A stretch of DNA of 64,000 bases from Camelus dromedarius (Eukaryota), in the NCBI RefSeq assembly GCF_036321535.1, contig NC_087436.1:69132001-69196000 (forward strand), given 5' to 3'. The position numbers and the translations under genes were made by a program. Positions 14,429-27,256 of the stretch are shown in pieces. The notes below the pieces were generated by a model that saw only the letters and a program-made list of their open reading frames with translations, made no database searches and was not told where the DNA came from. Position 1 is the first letter of the stretch; each line of letters begins with the position of its first letter.

Positions 14429-14537
14429 GGTGTGTGGTCTACACTGCCGGTAAATGAGAAGAAATTAAATCTTGCATTCAGATCTGCAAGGAGTGTTATC
14501 TTAATATTTTCTGTGAGAGAGAGTGGAAAATTTCAAG
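14429..14537 (+). CDS. YTHDC1: YTHDC1 exon 8 (109 bp), YTH domain
   Basis: atatag|GGTGTG...TTTCAAG|gtaaga; [36 protein letters not shown], includes the cage Trp equivalent to human W377. Confidence 0.96.
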
Positions 14538-14617
14538 GTAAGAATAAAAATAAGTTGGATTTTAAAAACATTAATTATATTTGCATCTATATATTATGTT
14601 GTGATTTATTCCCTTAG

Positions 14618-14735
14618 GCTTTGCAAGACTTTCTTCAGAGTCACATCATGGAGGATCTCCTATACATTGGGTGCTTCCAGCAGGAATGAGTGCTAAAATG
14701 CTGGGAGGTGTGTTCAAAATTGACTGGATTTGCAG
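14618..14735 (+). CDS. YTHDC1: YTHDC1 exon 9 (118 bp), YTH domain
   Basis: ccttag|GCTTT...TGCAG|gtaagt; [38 protein letters not shown], includes W428 and L439 equivalents. Confidence 0.96.
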
Positions 14736-15354
14736 GTAAGTTATACATTTCAGTGTGTAAAGTTGTCCTTGTTTTGAATGGACTGCTAGTTGAGAATAAT
14801 GTTAAAACTTCACAGTTACATGTTTTAACTTACTATTCTGATTATTCTCTCTTTTTGTTTGGTCTCATTCCTAGGGTGATTGGGACCTGTAAAATTTATT
14901 TAACAATCTAAAAAATAACATTAATATGCTTTGCTTGTCTTGTTCACCACCTTTATAATCTATATAGGATGCAAAGGGCAAAGGTTTATGTAGTCAAGAG
15001 TTTTATGTATTTAAGTTGTCCTCAGCATTAGTAATTCAGCAGTAAATTTGTTACGACAATTGCTTAGAATGTTATTTGGCATATATATATATATATGTTC
15101 AGTGATTTAACATATCGTATTACTGTGGAGTGGGAAAACAATCACTCTTTGATTTGGCTAATAACATTTTGGAGGTGACTAATTTAGTTGTGAACAAGTA
15201 GTGTTTTTAAAGGAAGTTAAATCATGTTAGCTGGCATTGTTATCTTTTGAAACTGGAGTATTTGATTTAAATGTTTGTTAGAAAAATAGACTTATTTCAA
15301 ACACCGAGTTATTTGCCACTGTTTTTTTGTCCTTAACTGATTGATTGTACGTTG

Positions 15355-15461
15355 TTTTATTTTTTATTTTTTTAATAGATACTAATAGAGATTCTGGGGA
15401 TTGAACCCAGGATCTTGTGCATGCTAAACATGTACTCTGTCACTGAGCTACACCCTCCCCC
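15355..15461 (-). mobile_element. tRNA-derived SINE, camelid vic-1-like
   Basis: Minus strand reads GGGGGAGGGTGTAGCTCAGTGACAGAGTACATGTTTAGCATGCACAAGATCCTGGGTTCAATCCCCAG (Pol III A and B boxes) then an A-rich tail. Confidence 0.8.
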
Positions 15462-15474
15462 TGTATTATCGTTT

Positions 15475-15850
15475 AAAAAAAAATGATTAAAGAAGTCAAT
15501 TTAGGTGATACAAACAAACTTGACACTTCAGGAAATGGACAGTCTCTTTTGGAGAACTGCAAAATAGGGCAGATGGCAGAAAGCTTTTCTAGGATCAATA
15601 GTAAAGAAAACAAGGAAGAGACGAATAACGAAACATCTGATTGGATGGAGCCACATAGTCAATCATGTTTGGAATGAGAAAGCCCAGAGTTGGCTTGGCA
15701 TTTGGGAATTGGCTGACTGGATATACTGCATTTCTGATTAAGTGGAGTGTTTGTTTATAGGGACATGAAAATTTTACAAGTTTCAGTTTGCTGATGTGAC
15801 ACCTGGGATAGGATTGGCTCCATCTTGGGTCTAGAAAGTTATTTCAACAA
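15475..15850. mobile_element. Probable ERV1-type solo LTR remnant next to, possibly interrupted by, the SINE
   Basis: ctgattgg (reverse CCAAT), ttcagtttgct and an end ccatcttggg...tttcaaca resemble MER4-group LTRs. Confidence 0.4.
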
Positions 15851-18800
15851 CAGAAAAAGCTAATTATTTAAGTGAACTTTGTATGACATACACAAATCTA
15901 TTACCTGTAAAATTAATTTTAGTCAAATAAGAATTACCTGAAAGGGACCATATGGGTTTTTTTCTGTGTCATAAATTGGCTTACATGGATTTTTATGAGG
16001 ATGGAGGAATTGGGTAAAAGGGAAAAATGCTATTCATATTCAGGAAGGTAGACTAGCACAAAGAAGAGCCAAGGAATCAGAAACCATGGTGTGGGAGATC
16101 GGGGGTGGGAGTGGGGTATGTGGGTGGGATAAGGAGACACCTTTTTAATGAACTGTATAGTAAGGAGAAGAACAAAAGACAAAGATGAATGGTAATGTGG
16201 ACCAGCCTAAGGAGTTAAACCTTTACTGTGGGACAGTGAGGAACTAAGAAAATACATGGGCAGTGATACAGTGGTATTAGGTTGATAATTAACCAAAAAG
16301 CTTATGCCATAAGTGTATCACCATTATTCGTCCCATCATTACTTTCTATAGGGGAAAAATAGAAGCAGTCTGAATTCTCCCGTATAGGAAATTGGTTAAG
16401 TAAATTATGGTTTGTCACTTAAATGTAATATGCAAAAATAATTGTCCATGTAATAAACGGAAAGATAAAATAGATGAAAGAATACATAATTGTAATGTTG
16501 GAATGCATTGTTAGGGTGGTGAGACAATAGATGATATCCCCATACTCCATTGTACCCAGGGTTTATAAATACAAAATTATAGTTCTTTAGAAATTAGTTA
16601 TAATTCAATTAAAATTAGATCATAATCAAAATTATAAAATTTAAAAATCTGATGGCAGTTTATAGGGAAGACAAGGTGCCAATTATTTCTTAGCAGAGAT
16701 AGACACTTTTACTGATTGACTGATTGATTGGCTGGATAACTATAAATACCAAAATAGAGGTTAAGTCTATAGTTTTATGACTAGAAGCATTGTGTCACTA
16801 ATAAATATTTGGAGATGATGTTTTCTTAGTAATAGAAAAATAATTACCAATTTTAGATCACTGGTTGCAAATTTTATTTTGAATGTTACTTGTTTTATTA
16901 ACCTTCATTTTTTAACTATTGGTAAGGAAATTTGTTTCTTAATTTTAGAAGATAAGTTTAATTTATTCACAGATTATTGTCTTCATGTTCTTCATTGACT
17001 TACTGGCTATTATACTAACTCATTAGATATATATATATATAGCAACAGAAGAGGTACAAACCTAAATAGTCCATTCTACTAACATTTTGTTCAAGATTTT
17101 GGGTAGTGACTTTTTTTTTTTAAACTGTTTTCAAGTAAGTTTTAGGTTTAGCTGGAAAGAATATTCTTAAATTTAAAAAGCTTTAATATTATTTTTGTTC
17201 AAGAGTAATTTTACAGTACTTAAGAGTTCTGAGGGGGCATGTGATACTTACTACTTTGATATTGCCTTGGGTAAATCACTTGAACTCTCAAGTTCTCTGT
17301 ATGAATTAGAATTGCATTTGACTCGGAGTTAAAAGGATTAAACTTCAATAAATATAAACCCTAAGATCTTTGCTATCAGTAATACTGCTATTAGTATTTT
17401 TTCTTTTCAGATATGATAGTTATTAGACTTTCATTTAAGCACCTTGTGGATTTAATAATAACTAGCCTTAAGTTTTTAGGTGTGGTCCCTGGATCACTTG
17501 CATCAGTAGTATCTGATTGTTAAAATGCAGACTCCTGAGACCCACCTGAAACCTGTAGGCACACTGAAGTTTAAGACCAGATGGTACGTGGTAGCAGATA
17601 GGAGGGGAGGCATAAAAAGTGACTTGTCACTGGGAGTTAGATCAAAATAAGGCTGTAATCTATAAAATGTCATTCGACTAGAATTAAATCTGCTGACTAT
17701 TACTATATTTTATACTCACCCTTTTCATGGCCATTCCAAATAACCCATTTCTCTTCTTTCAGGATTTCTCTTTTATTTTGACTTTAATGACCAAATCACT
17801 ATCCAGTACACAGAGCCTCTGTACAGTTTCATGTTCTTTTGTTAAATTTGCCCCATTTACTAAGCTTGCTAAGTTAAAGAATTACTCCCATGTTATCTAA
17901 AGTACTCACAGTAAAGATAGTCATCTGTAGGCTTCTTCATTACATGTCTGCTCAAAAGCTAACTGTTAGGATGCCTGTTCTCTAATTGTAATCACAGATG
18001 TGCAATTTCTCTTATTCTTAATCTGAGCCCTGTTTTGCCTAAGACCTCATAGTTCTCTGTGATATTCTGGCTGGGATTAACTAATTTGTCAAAACAGTAG
18101 GCAGATATCTATAGAATCTCGTTAGAACCAGTGCCACCAAAGACTCTTAACCCCAGGTGACTCAGCCGGCTTGACATATGCCTTTATTTTGGACCTAGGG
18201 TATTCTATTGCTAATATTTAAATAACAGTGATAACTCTGTGCAATAATAATTTGTAACCTTCCTGCACTTTGGTTAGTTGTAGATTATGTATTCCTTTCC
18301 TAAAACTGTTTTTTAACTGGCAGTTTAGAAGAAAAATCTAAGAAAGTATTAAACGAAATACAAAGTTTTAAACTATAGATCTGCCTCTAGATATTCTAGG
18401 CTTTGGTATGGACTTGCTCTAGCTTAATGATAGTCTCTTTCTCCCAACCTCCCTGAAAAGGGGGCAGGGCAGGGAATGTTTGTGTGTGTATATGTATATT
18501 TTATGTATGTATATATGCTTTTTTAATTTATTTTAATTCTTATTTTTTTGTTGACATGTAGTCAATTTACAGCATTAATTTCAGGTGTACAGCAAAGTGA
18601 TTGTTATATATATACATACCTATGTGTATATATATTCTTGAACTACTCTTGATGTGTGAGGTAAGATATGTGTTAGATGAAGAATCCAAGCCTTGTAGTA
18701 GTACCTAGTGGGCATTTCCATCACTCACGGCCCACTTCTTCCATATCTTCACATCACCACTACAGATCATGCCCCCTTGTTAACATTAATTTTAGATGTA

Positions 18801-20257
18801 CTTCTCTTTTCCTATAAATGTCAAAATGTTTCTGAGGTTTAAAACAGTGGTATAAAATTTGAGCATGTAATACTCATCTTGAAGAAAATTCATGTAAGGT
18901 TAGAATAAATGGTTATATAGCATTTGTTTACTGGACCAGGTTACCTGCTTGTATTTTGTCTTCTCTGTTACGTCTTTGCTCAAGTCCTTTTCATTGCTTC
19001 AAATGTAACCCTGCCTTAACCTCCCTACATATGGCTTTTCCTGAATCTCTTTTTCTTTCAGATTTATCCCATATGCCACCTTTTCCAGGATGCAATTTCT
19101 GGGTTTTTTTTTCTTTCCAAAATAAATATGAACATCCACATTAAAAACAAAATTCTATACTCTATGCTACTCATTCATTTACAAAATAGTTGTGTGTGCT
19201 TGTTTATTCTTTGATAAAAGCTGTGGAAGAAAAGTTAGGAATGCAGGCTCTTCTTTATCTTATTCATCTTTGTATGTCCTTTGAAAAATTTCATTTGTAT
19301 TATAGTTATAATAAATAGTTCTTTAAAGCATTTACTTAATTTGACAATGCTTGTTTTATGCACAATTAGATGATATCTTACTGAACGTTGTTAATTTCTG
19401 ATTGTTTTTTGACAACTAACAAGTACTTATTACAATGTCATATTTGTGTTCAGTATTATGCTAGGTTGATAAAGAACTATAAAAATACAGGATACTTTTT
19501 TTAACTTGGAGAGACCATTTTCCCCTATTGCTCAGAGAGCTTAGAGCTAGGGTTTTTTTGTTTTTTGTTGTTTTTTTTTTTAAGGTAAATAGGTATAGTG
19601 CTATAGTATAAGTGGAGGACATAATTAATACATGCAAATATATGTATTTATAACTATAAACATTTGTATTGTCAAGAGCCATTCCATGTGTGGTGGGGAG
19701 TATTGTGTTATCAAAAGGGGAGGATGCTTGAATCTGGGAAAGCAGTCCTGAACTAAGAATAGGGAACACTTATTTTCATTTGGTGTTAACTGCCTGGTTT
19801 AAGGGTTATCTCTTTGTTGATCAGTTATTAAAAAAATACAGTTTCTTTTAGTACAGAGAAGCAAGAAATACGCTAAACATTTGATATTTCATTTCAAACT
19901 ACTAAAAACAAGTATGAAGACAATAGTGATATCCTGGTTTATAAGATGAAGAAACTCAGGTTCGGAGAAGTTGAAAGAGAGTTGGGATTTAAACCCCAAA
20001 CTGTCTTGGTTTCCAAGCTCATGTTCTTAAGCATATTATTTAGATCTGTTTTGTTCCATTTGTTTTTTTTAAACACTGGAGAGAATGTGGAAAGAATGCA
20101 TCTCTGAAGGTGGTTCCCTTTCTGGGAAATAAGTTCTACCAGTCTTAAATTTTAGTCACATTTAAATTGTGATTAACATAGGAATTCACTGTGAAAGTAC
20201 TGTAAGGCCTTTAAAGGATTCTGCAAAAGAATATAATTGATAACACTGTATTTTTAG

Positions 20258-20342
20258 GCGTGAACTACCCTTCACTAAGTCGGCTCATCTCACTAACCCT
20301 TGGAATGAACATAAGCCAGTAAAGATTGGACGCGATGGACAG
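20258..20342 (+). CDS. YTHDC1: YTHDC1 exon 10 (85 bp)
   Basis: ttttag|GCGTG...GGACAG|gtttgt; [28 protein letters not shown]. Confidence 0.96.
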
Positions 20343-21324
20343 GTTTGTTGTTTTAGTTGATTCTTTAAAAAAAACACATATTTAATCAACCCTTTTAGAG
20401 ATCTTTATTGAGGGACATTTAAAAACCATTTTTGAAAGAACTTGGGAAAGATTAAGGGAAGATACTCTTATTTGGAGTTTGTGATCACTGTGATTATGAC
20501 TGATTAATAAAACTTCCATTAATATTGAAAGATAGGTAGCTTTATGTGATACTTTAATTAATACAATTGAAGGAAATTTTTTTTTGAAGAAAATTGACAT
20601 TATTTCAAATGGTTTTTCATTATATTTATTACGGTTTTAATAGATTCTGCATTTTGTATAATACATTTCAGAAATGCCATTTAACATCTTTGCTGAAGTT
20701 TTCTGAATAGAAGGAAGCTTTATGAAAAGATGATAAGTATATGTACTCAGATTTTCGAGTCTACAAATGAAATTAAAATAAATCCAGACCTGTGACCCTT
20801 ATGTTTCTACATATATTTTTGAACCAGGTTTTCATTGCTTATAAATGAAATGTTGGTAATTGAAAATAAAACTTAATTTTAAAAAGCCCATAGGTTAGTC
20901 TGCCTTTGTAGTTAATGTATTTCAGTGCATTTAGCTCTTCGTAATTACGAAAGTTGTTGACACACACCAACGTAAATGTTTTTCCCCCACTGTTAAGATG
21001 GATGACTTTGTCCTGATTCTTAAGTATTCTGCACAAAGAAATACTCCTTTGTTGCAGAGGGTGATTGTCACAGAGTTTTTTGTATAGTTAACTTTGGAGA
21101 TTTTACACTTTTAGTTTTTTACCTTTATATAAATACATGAAACACTTTTGAAAGGCTTTTTAAAACCTTTCACGGAAGTTTATCGGAATCTCATACAATC
21201 ATCAACCTCAGGAAGGAAGCCTTCAAGTCAGTCTGTTTTTCTTGTACATGAGGAAAATACAGCAAGTCTATTGAAAGTGTCTCCTCTTTTTTTCATCTTG
21301 TAAATTACTACTTTCCTATTTTAG

Positions 21325-21491
21325 GAAATTGAACTTGAATGTGGAACCCAGCTTTGTCTTCTATTTCCCCCTGATGAAAGTATTGACTTGTATCAGGTCA
21401 TTCATAAAATGCGTCACAAGAGAAGAATGCATTCTCAGCCCCGATCAAGAGGACGTCCATCCCGTCGAGAACCAGTCCGGGATGTGGGAAG
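21325..21491 (+). CDS. YTHDC1: YTHDC1 exon 11 (167 bp)
   Basis: ttttag|GAAATT...GGGAAG|gttaga; [55 protein letters not shown]. Confidence 0.96.
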
Positions 21492-23974
21492 GTTAGAAAC
21501 GTTCTTTGGACTGATAATAGGCACATGTGTCAGAATAACATGATGGAGGAATTTGATTCGTCAAAAGTTTGTCCTGCGGTAAAGAAGAAAGAGAAAATCC
21601 TCAAATCAAGCTGCATGGACTAGTTTGTGGCTTCATTGAGGATTTCACATGGTCTCACCTTGGTCTCAGTCATTTTTCAAGAGGAAAATGGGGATCTTTC
21701 CTAATGCAGAAAAAATTATTTGCTAAAGCATGATAACCAGTTTAGATGATAATCTCATTATACGATGTATACCACTGAAATGAGGTAGGCCTTTTTTGCT
21801 AAGAACAGGCTAGGAAGGAGGAAGAGGAGAAAGTCTTTATTTGCAAAAATTGTAATATTTTGTAAAAAGCCTTTTCTTTCAGGTGTGTCTCTGGATAACC
21901 TTATCAGATATGGGACTTTTATAAAGGATCACTAATATTTTTTCAGAAGATGCCGCCTCGTTTAGAGGATAAAATATTTTAAATTATTTTGATGTTCAAG
22001 AGGAGCATTATTGGGACTATTTCAGATTTTACCACCGTGATGTGTTAACCCCATTGTCAAATATTGTCTAACATGTACCCAGTGAATTCACACATCTTGC
22101 TGAGCTTCTGAAAACCATAGGTTCTTTCCAAAGGGGATCAAGTGGCCCTGGGAGACCCGGCAACAAACCAAAAAGAAGGGCTGTTGCTGTGTCTGTTTAC
22201 AACTTTTCCAGATGCTGGCAGTACCTGTGGACTTAAAAGTGTTTTTAGAGGATCGCCATGGTTATTGATCACTACTTTATGAACTAAACAGCATTTTCCA
22301 GGAAAAGGGGGTTTAACTTGTTACAGAATTGGAGAAGTTTTTGCAAAGGACTGATTTAAGCCCTTCTACCCAACACCTTCCCCTGTATAGATTTGCATAC
22401 AGCTAAATCTAAAATACTCTGCTAAAGACTGTTGGATGTATGGTTGATGATGGGATGAAACCTTTGGTTAAGTTTCCTTTTGATGGAAACATCCTGTGGT
22501 AGGTACAGATAATCCAACAAGCGTCCCTATTTCTTTGAGCTTAAGAAGGACACTGTCAATTAGGTAGGAGGAACCTGGCAGAGCCCCCTTATTTTTGGCC
22601 TAGAAGGACTGAACACCAAGATGTCTCTTGAAGTTTTAAGCTAAGAGAGTTCCAGTGCAATACAGTACATACAAGTGAAGTTTACCTCAGTTTTGCAATG
22701 GACTGTAAACCATACTTATTACACCACTACACCTTCTCTCAAGCCTGCCAGGGCCTCCATATTTGTATGTGGCTTACAGCTTAAAGTCAGTAGTTGGACT
22801 ACTTTATGAACTGTTACTATCATGTTTTATTCCGGTCGTAAATGCACTTCCCAAACTACAAGAAAGCGGTATGTTTATTTTTTAAACCAGTTTTTATTTT
22901 CTTAGTCTTATTTATTGTAGATGCAACTGTTTTTATTCTGTTGGGGGGCTTGGGTTTATTGCAACTTAGCAGTTTGAATTTGTGTTGCAAAAGTTAATGA
23001 AAGCAGTTGATACTCAGAGAAATAACTGGAAAACTAGTGATGTCAGGTTATTACAGAGTTTTTGATATTAAGGGTAGAAAGATATTTATTACCTTAAAAA
23101 CTTGGATTTTTGTTTCTTTTGTGTAGCTCTTTATTAAAAGCTAAGTAAAATGAGGTGTATTTAATGATGTATTTACGTTAACCATTAAGATTTATGGCAG
23201 ATAGTGAAGAGCAGCCCTCTGCAGAGAGTAAAGTTTGAACTTGTTGTATAAACTCTGTTAAACTCTGGCCCATTACTTGCCAGTATTATTTTTTAAGGCA
23301 TTGTCTCTGGAAATAAAATTCCCTTAATTCTTAAATGTTATTAACTTTAGAAATTAGTTTTTTGAAGTATTAAGATTTTCAAAACTTACCTGTAAAGTCA
23401 CTTTTAATAAGTGTCAAATTTTCTGTATGATCATGTGAAAAGTATAATTTTGTGCAAAGTAGAAGAAAAATATTAAAGAAGTCCTAATTCTTCAGACTTA
23501 GCCTAACATGACACTAATAAGTTTAAATATATAGATTTTGTAGTTAGTTATTGTGTAATGATGAGAGAGTTTTTCTCCCTCTCTTTTTACTTGAATGGAG
23601 ACTCTGAGAAAGTGTTTTGATTGCTAAACTGGATATTAACATTAGTTTGAGGGCAGCTCATTTACTTTTGTTTTGATTACTAAAATATGATTTACATATT
23701 TTGAGCAGATTACTCTTTGCAAGCGTCTCATCACAGCATGAGGATTACAGAGAATATCTTGTTTCCAGCAATACATCTAAGGATTGGTATATAGTAATTA
23801 ATTTGAGGAATTAAAATTTAGAAATTTTAAGATATTTGCTCACCAGAAATTAGGGTGTTATTTTAAAGGAAGTAATAAGCTATTCTTTGTACTTATTTTT
23901 GTCAGAAACTCTTGCTTGCTGTTTGTTCTCCCAGCAGTTTTTGGTTTAATTTCTAATGTGTCTAATTTGTGTAG

Positions 23975-24057
23975 GCGTCGACCAGAAGATTATGATATTC
24001 ATAACAGCAGAAAGAAACCAAGGATTGACTATGCCCCTGAGTTTCATCAGAGACCAG
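23975..24057 (+). CDS. YTHDC1: YTHDC1 exon 12 (83 bp)
   Basis: gtgtag|GCGTCG...AGACCAG|gttaat; [27 protein letters not shown]. Confidence 0.95.
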
Positions 24058-25314
24058 GTTAATATTTTATAATCCTGATGACTTGAAATTATTAAAAACA
24101 ATAACAGCAACAACAACACAAAAACTTCTGTCATGGGCCTATAGTTTTTAAAAGTGAGAAAACTTAGGATGTGACTACTTAAACCTTAGGAATTTATTAA
24201 TAGTTCTTAATAATTCTTCCTCTACTTTAAATTTGTTTAATCTATTCCAGTGTGACTCATTATCATAGTCTGTTAATTACCTGAAATTGCCAGTTTATAA
24301 TTATTGCACAAATGGAAACTGCGTATGTATTTTAAGATTAAATGTAGTTAGGGAAAGCAATGATCTTAACACTGTTAGGCTTTTTATTCTCTGGTACTTA
24401 GTATTTCATGTGGTATATAGCTTTAATTAGAAACTGAAATTTTTTTTTTAAATACAAGTATCTGACTTCCATGTTTATAGAGAGGAGTAGGAAGTACTTG
24501 GTTTGTAATCTAAAAGCAGCTTCTCAGTCTTTCCCTTACTAGAATCATAAAAGGCAAACTGTATTATTTAAAATTGTCAGTGATCCAATTATAAAAATTC
24601 AGCAGTTTGGAAATTGGTGTTCGTGAGCACTACAGCACTATTCCATCACAAGTGGCTTGATAAGCCTCATTCTTCTCTAAAATGGAATATTCCAGAGAGT
24701 AAAATTAATTTTACTCCCATAACTTGGCCACTCAGATTTTTTTACATTTTAATTTCCTGAGTCCTTATTAGAAGGAGATATGGGAGGGGGCGAATATTTC
24801 TCTTATCACCATGGTTCTTTCATTTAAAGTGTATATATCTTCATTTTTGCAACTTTTGTAATTTTGCTTTTCTTCCCTTAAGTTTGCATTTTTTAAAACT
24901 ATCTATGATTGATTCAGAAAGGCTTCTGTATACTCAAGGTGGAAGGTAAACATTTGTTTTAAGAAAGTCCTATTACAGTGTCCTCAAGATAATTCCTCTT
25001 CCCTTACCTTTATTATGGTGCAGCATGAAGAAATTTCTGTCTAGCAAGAATTGGGGTGTGGATTTAGAAGATCCATATGAAAACCTCTCTAGCAGTTTAT
25101 AATTCTGTGATATCAGTAAGTTACTTAGTTACTTCCTAAATTATCATGTAATCTGAGAAGAAAATCTGAAAATGGAATGATATGTAATAGCATCATTTAA
25201 TAGCATCACTATATTTCATGGGAGGAATTGAAATGAGTGGTAAGGAAGGTTTAATTATAATGCCATAATAAAAAGTATAAATTTGATATACTAAAATGCT
25301 TGATGTTTGAACAG

Positions 25315-25351
25315 GGTATTTAAAGGATCCACGATACCAGGAAGTAGACAG
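25315..25351 (+). CDS. YTHDC1: YTHDC1 exon 13 (37 bp)
   Basis: gaacag|GGTAT...GACAG|gtaggt; (G)YLKDPRYQEVD. Confidence 0.94.
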
Positions 25352-25447
25352 GTAGGTTGGGTTCACTCTTGCTTAGTTTTGAATTACATTCTTGGAACTA
25401 GTTTATGAATTACCTGAATTTAGTTTCACAAATCTTATTCCCAACAG

Positions 25448-25487
25448 ACGATTTTCAGGAGTTCGCCGAGATGTGTTTTTAAATGGG
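25448..25487 (+). CDS. YTHDC1: YTHDC1 exon 14 (40 bp; 64 bp from alternative acceptor at 25424)
   Basis: caacag|ACGAT...AATGGG|gtaagc; [13 protein letters not shown]. Confidence 0.94.
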
Positions 25488-25594
25488 GTAAGCATTTCAT
25501 TTTTTATATTTAATGTATGTAAAATCAGGATCTGATTTATTTTGTAGTTCTGGGTTTTTTATTTACTTATTGACATTATCATCTTTCATTTTAG

Positions 25595-25657
25595 TCCTAC
25601 AATGATTATGTGAGGGAATTTCATAACATGGGACCACCACCACCTTGGCAAGGAATG
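25595..25657 (+). CDS. YTHDC1: YTHDC1 exon 15 (63 bp)
   Basis: ttttag|TCCTAC...GGAATG|gtttgt; [21 protein letters not shown]. Confidence 0.95.
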
Positions 25658-26617
25658 GTTTGTATTCTATTTTTGCAAGTTATTTTACTTCGTTTGCAGT
25701 TTGATTATTACAGTTACCCATTAAGAGACTTAAAATACGTATCTTTGAGGACAAATAACTGCATGCTGTTTTTAAAACTCAAGACTCATGAATGATTTGA
25801 TTTGTATTAATAGTACAGGCTTAACTGACAAGTCTTATGATTTATTATTGTAGTGGTAGGTAGTGCAAACTTTAGGTTCAAACACCTTCTCTTCACAAAT
25901 CTGACCTGGACAAGTTTCATAATACTTTTTTTTTTTCCTTAGTTTTCCTTACCTGTAAAACTCAGTGAGCATCTATTTATTCTTTGGCTCATCAAACTTA
26001 ATGTTTAGTATCCACTCTTTGCAAGGCACTGTGCTTTCTCTGGGTATGCATTGGTGAATAAATTGGACGTTATGCCTATCCTTGTATGTCTTAAAATTTA
26101 ATGGAATAATGTCAGCCTCATAGGAAGCTTAATTTGCAAAATACATGTAAAATTTATAGCCTAGTGCCTGACTCTAATATTCAGTAAATTTTCTGTTTAA
26201 GATAAGGTTAATTAAACCTTGTTTCTAAACTTTTTTTCCTTTATTTAAGAAAACTGGATATGCTTTTTAGAGTATATTTTGAGATACTGAGGATAGCTGA
26301 AGCATCAATTCCTCAGAAATAAAAAACTTGGAAGTAGTTCTTACTGTTTCTTTCTTTTTAAACTTTTTTTTATTTTAAGTGCTGCCTTTAATGTGACCTT
26401 TACATCTGACTTTTGTTTCACTTAAGGTATTGTATACAGATAGATGAATTATTAATTTCTTTCCTTTAGATTCTATGAAATTAAAATAAACAAAGTATTT
26501 ATTATGTTGACGCTAACTAGGGGGAGAAGCACCTTTGATTTGTTCTTACTCATTTTATAATGGCATTTAAAAGTTTATTAGCTCCTGGATTTTTTTTTTT
26601 TTAAATAGATTTGTGTA

Positions 26618-26830
26618 CAATGGTTAGGATGACTGATTCCAGAGCCAGAGTGCTTAATGCTGTGTCTAACTTCCACTCCTTTAATAGCAATGTGATCTTA
26701 AGCAAATTACTTGACCATTTTGGTGCCTCAGTTTCCCCTTTTGTAAACTATGATTATGTAATAGTACCTATCTGGTAGGGTTGCTGTGAGAATTAAATGA
26801 GATGTGTGAAGTGCTTAGGATAGTGCCTGG
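26618..26830 (+). mobile_element. MIR SINE
   Basis: MIR core gtgatcttaagcaaattactt...gtgcctcagtttccc...gggttgctgtgagaattaaatgaga. Confidence 0.8.
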
Positions 26831-27121
26831 TTCATAGTAATCAATGTGTAGTAACGGCTTGCTATGTCTATTAGAATTTAAATAATATGTTAAAAAGTAT
26901 AAGCATGTTAAATCTTACAAGATATGTATCCAATTGGATAGTTTATTGCACATGTGTTTTCAATAAGCAAATACAATATTGTGAACAATCCTAATACCAT
27001 CAAAGTGGAAGGCTAGTACAGATTAAATTGTTTGGGATGGGTGGTTTGGATAGGGGAATTCTAAAAATGGTTTGTTTACAAGGGTGTTTGGTAGATGCTC
27101 ATGGAAGTTTTCTTTTTTTAG

Positions 27122-27256
27122 ACTCCTTATCCTGGGATGGAACAACCTCCACACCATCCTTACTATCAGCACCATGCTCCACCTCCTCAAGCTCATCCCC
27201 CTTACTCAGGACATCACCCAGTACCACATGAAGCCAGATACAGAGATAAACGAGTA
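27122..27256 (+). CDS. YTHDC1: YTHDC1 exon 16 (135 bp), Pro/His-rich
   Basis: ttttag|ACTCCT...CGAGTA|gtaagt; [45 protein letters not shown]. Confidence 0.95.

Noticed and set aside
15388..15461. tRNA gene
   Set aside because: Degenerate stems, extra G-rich head and A-rich tail indicate a SINE
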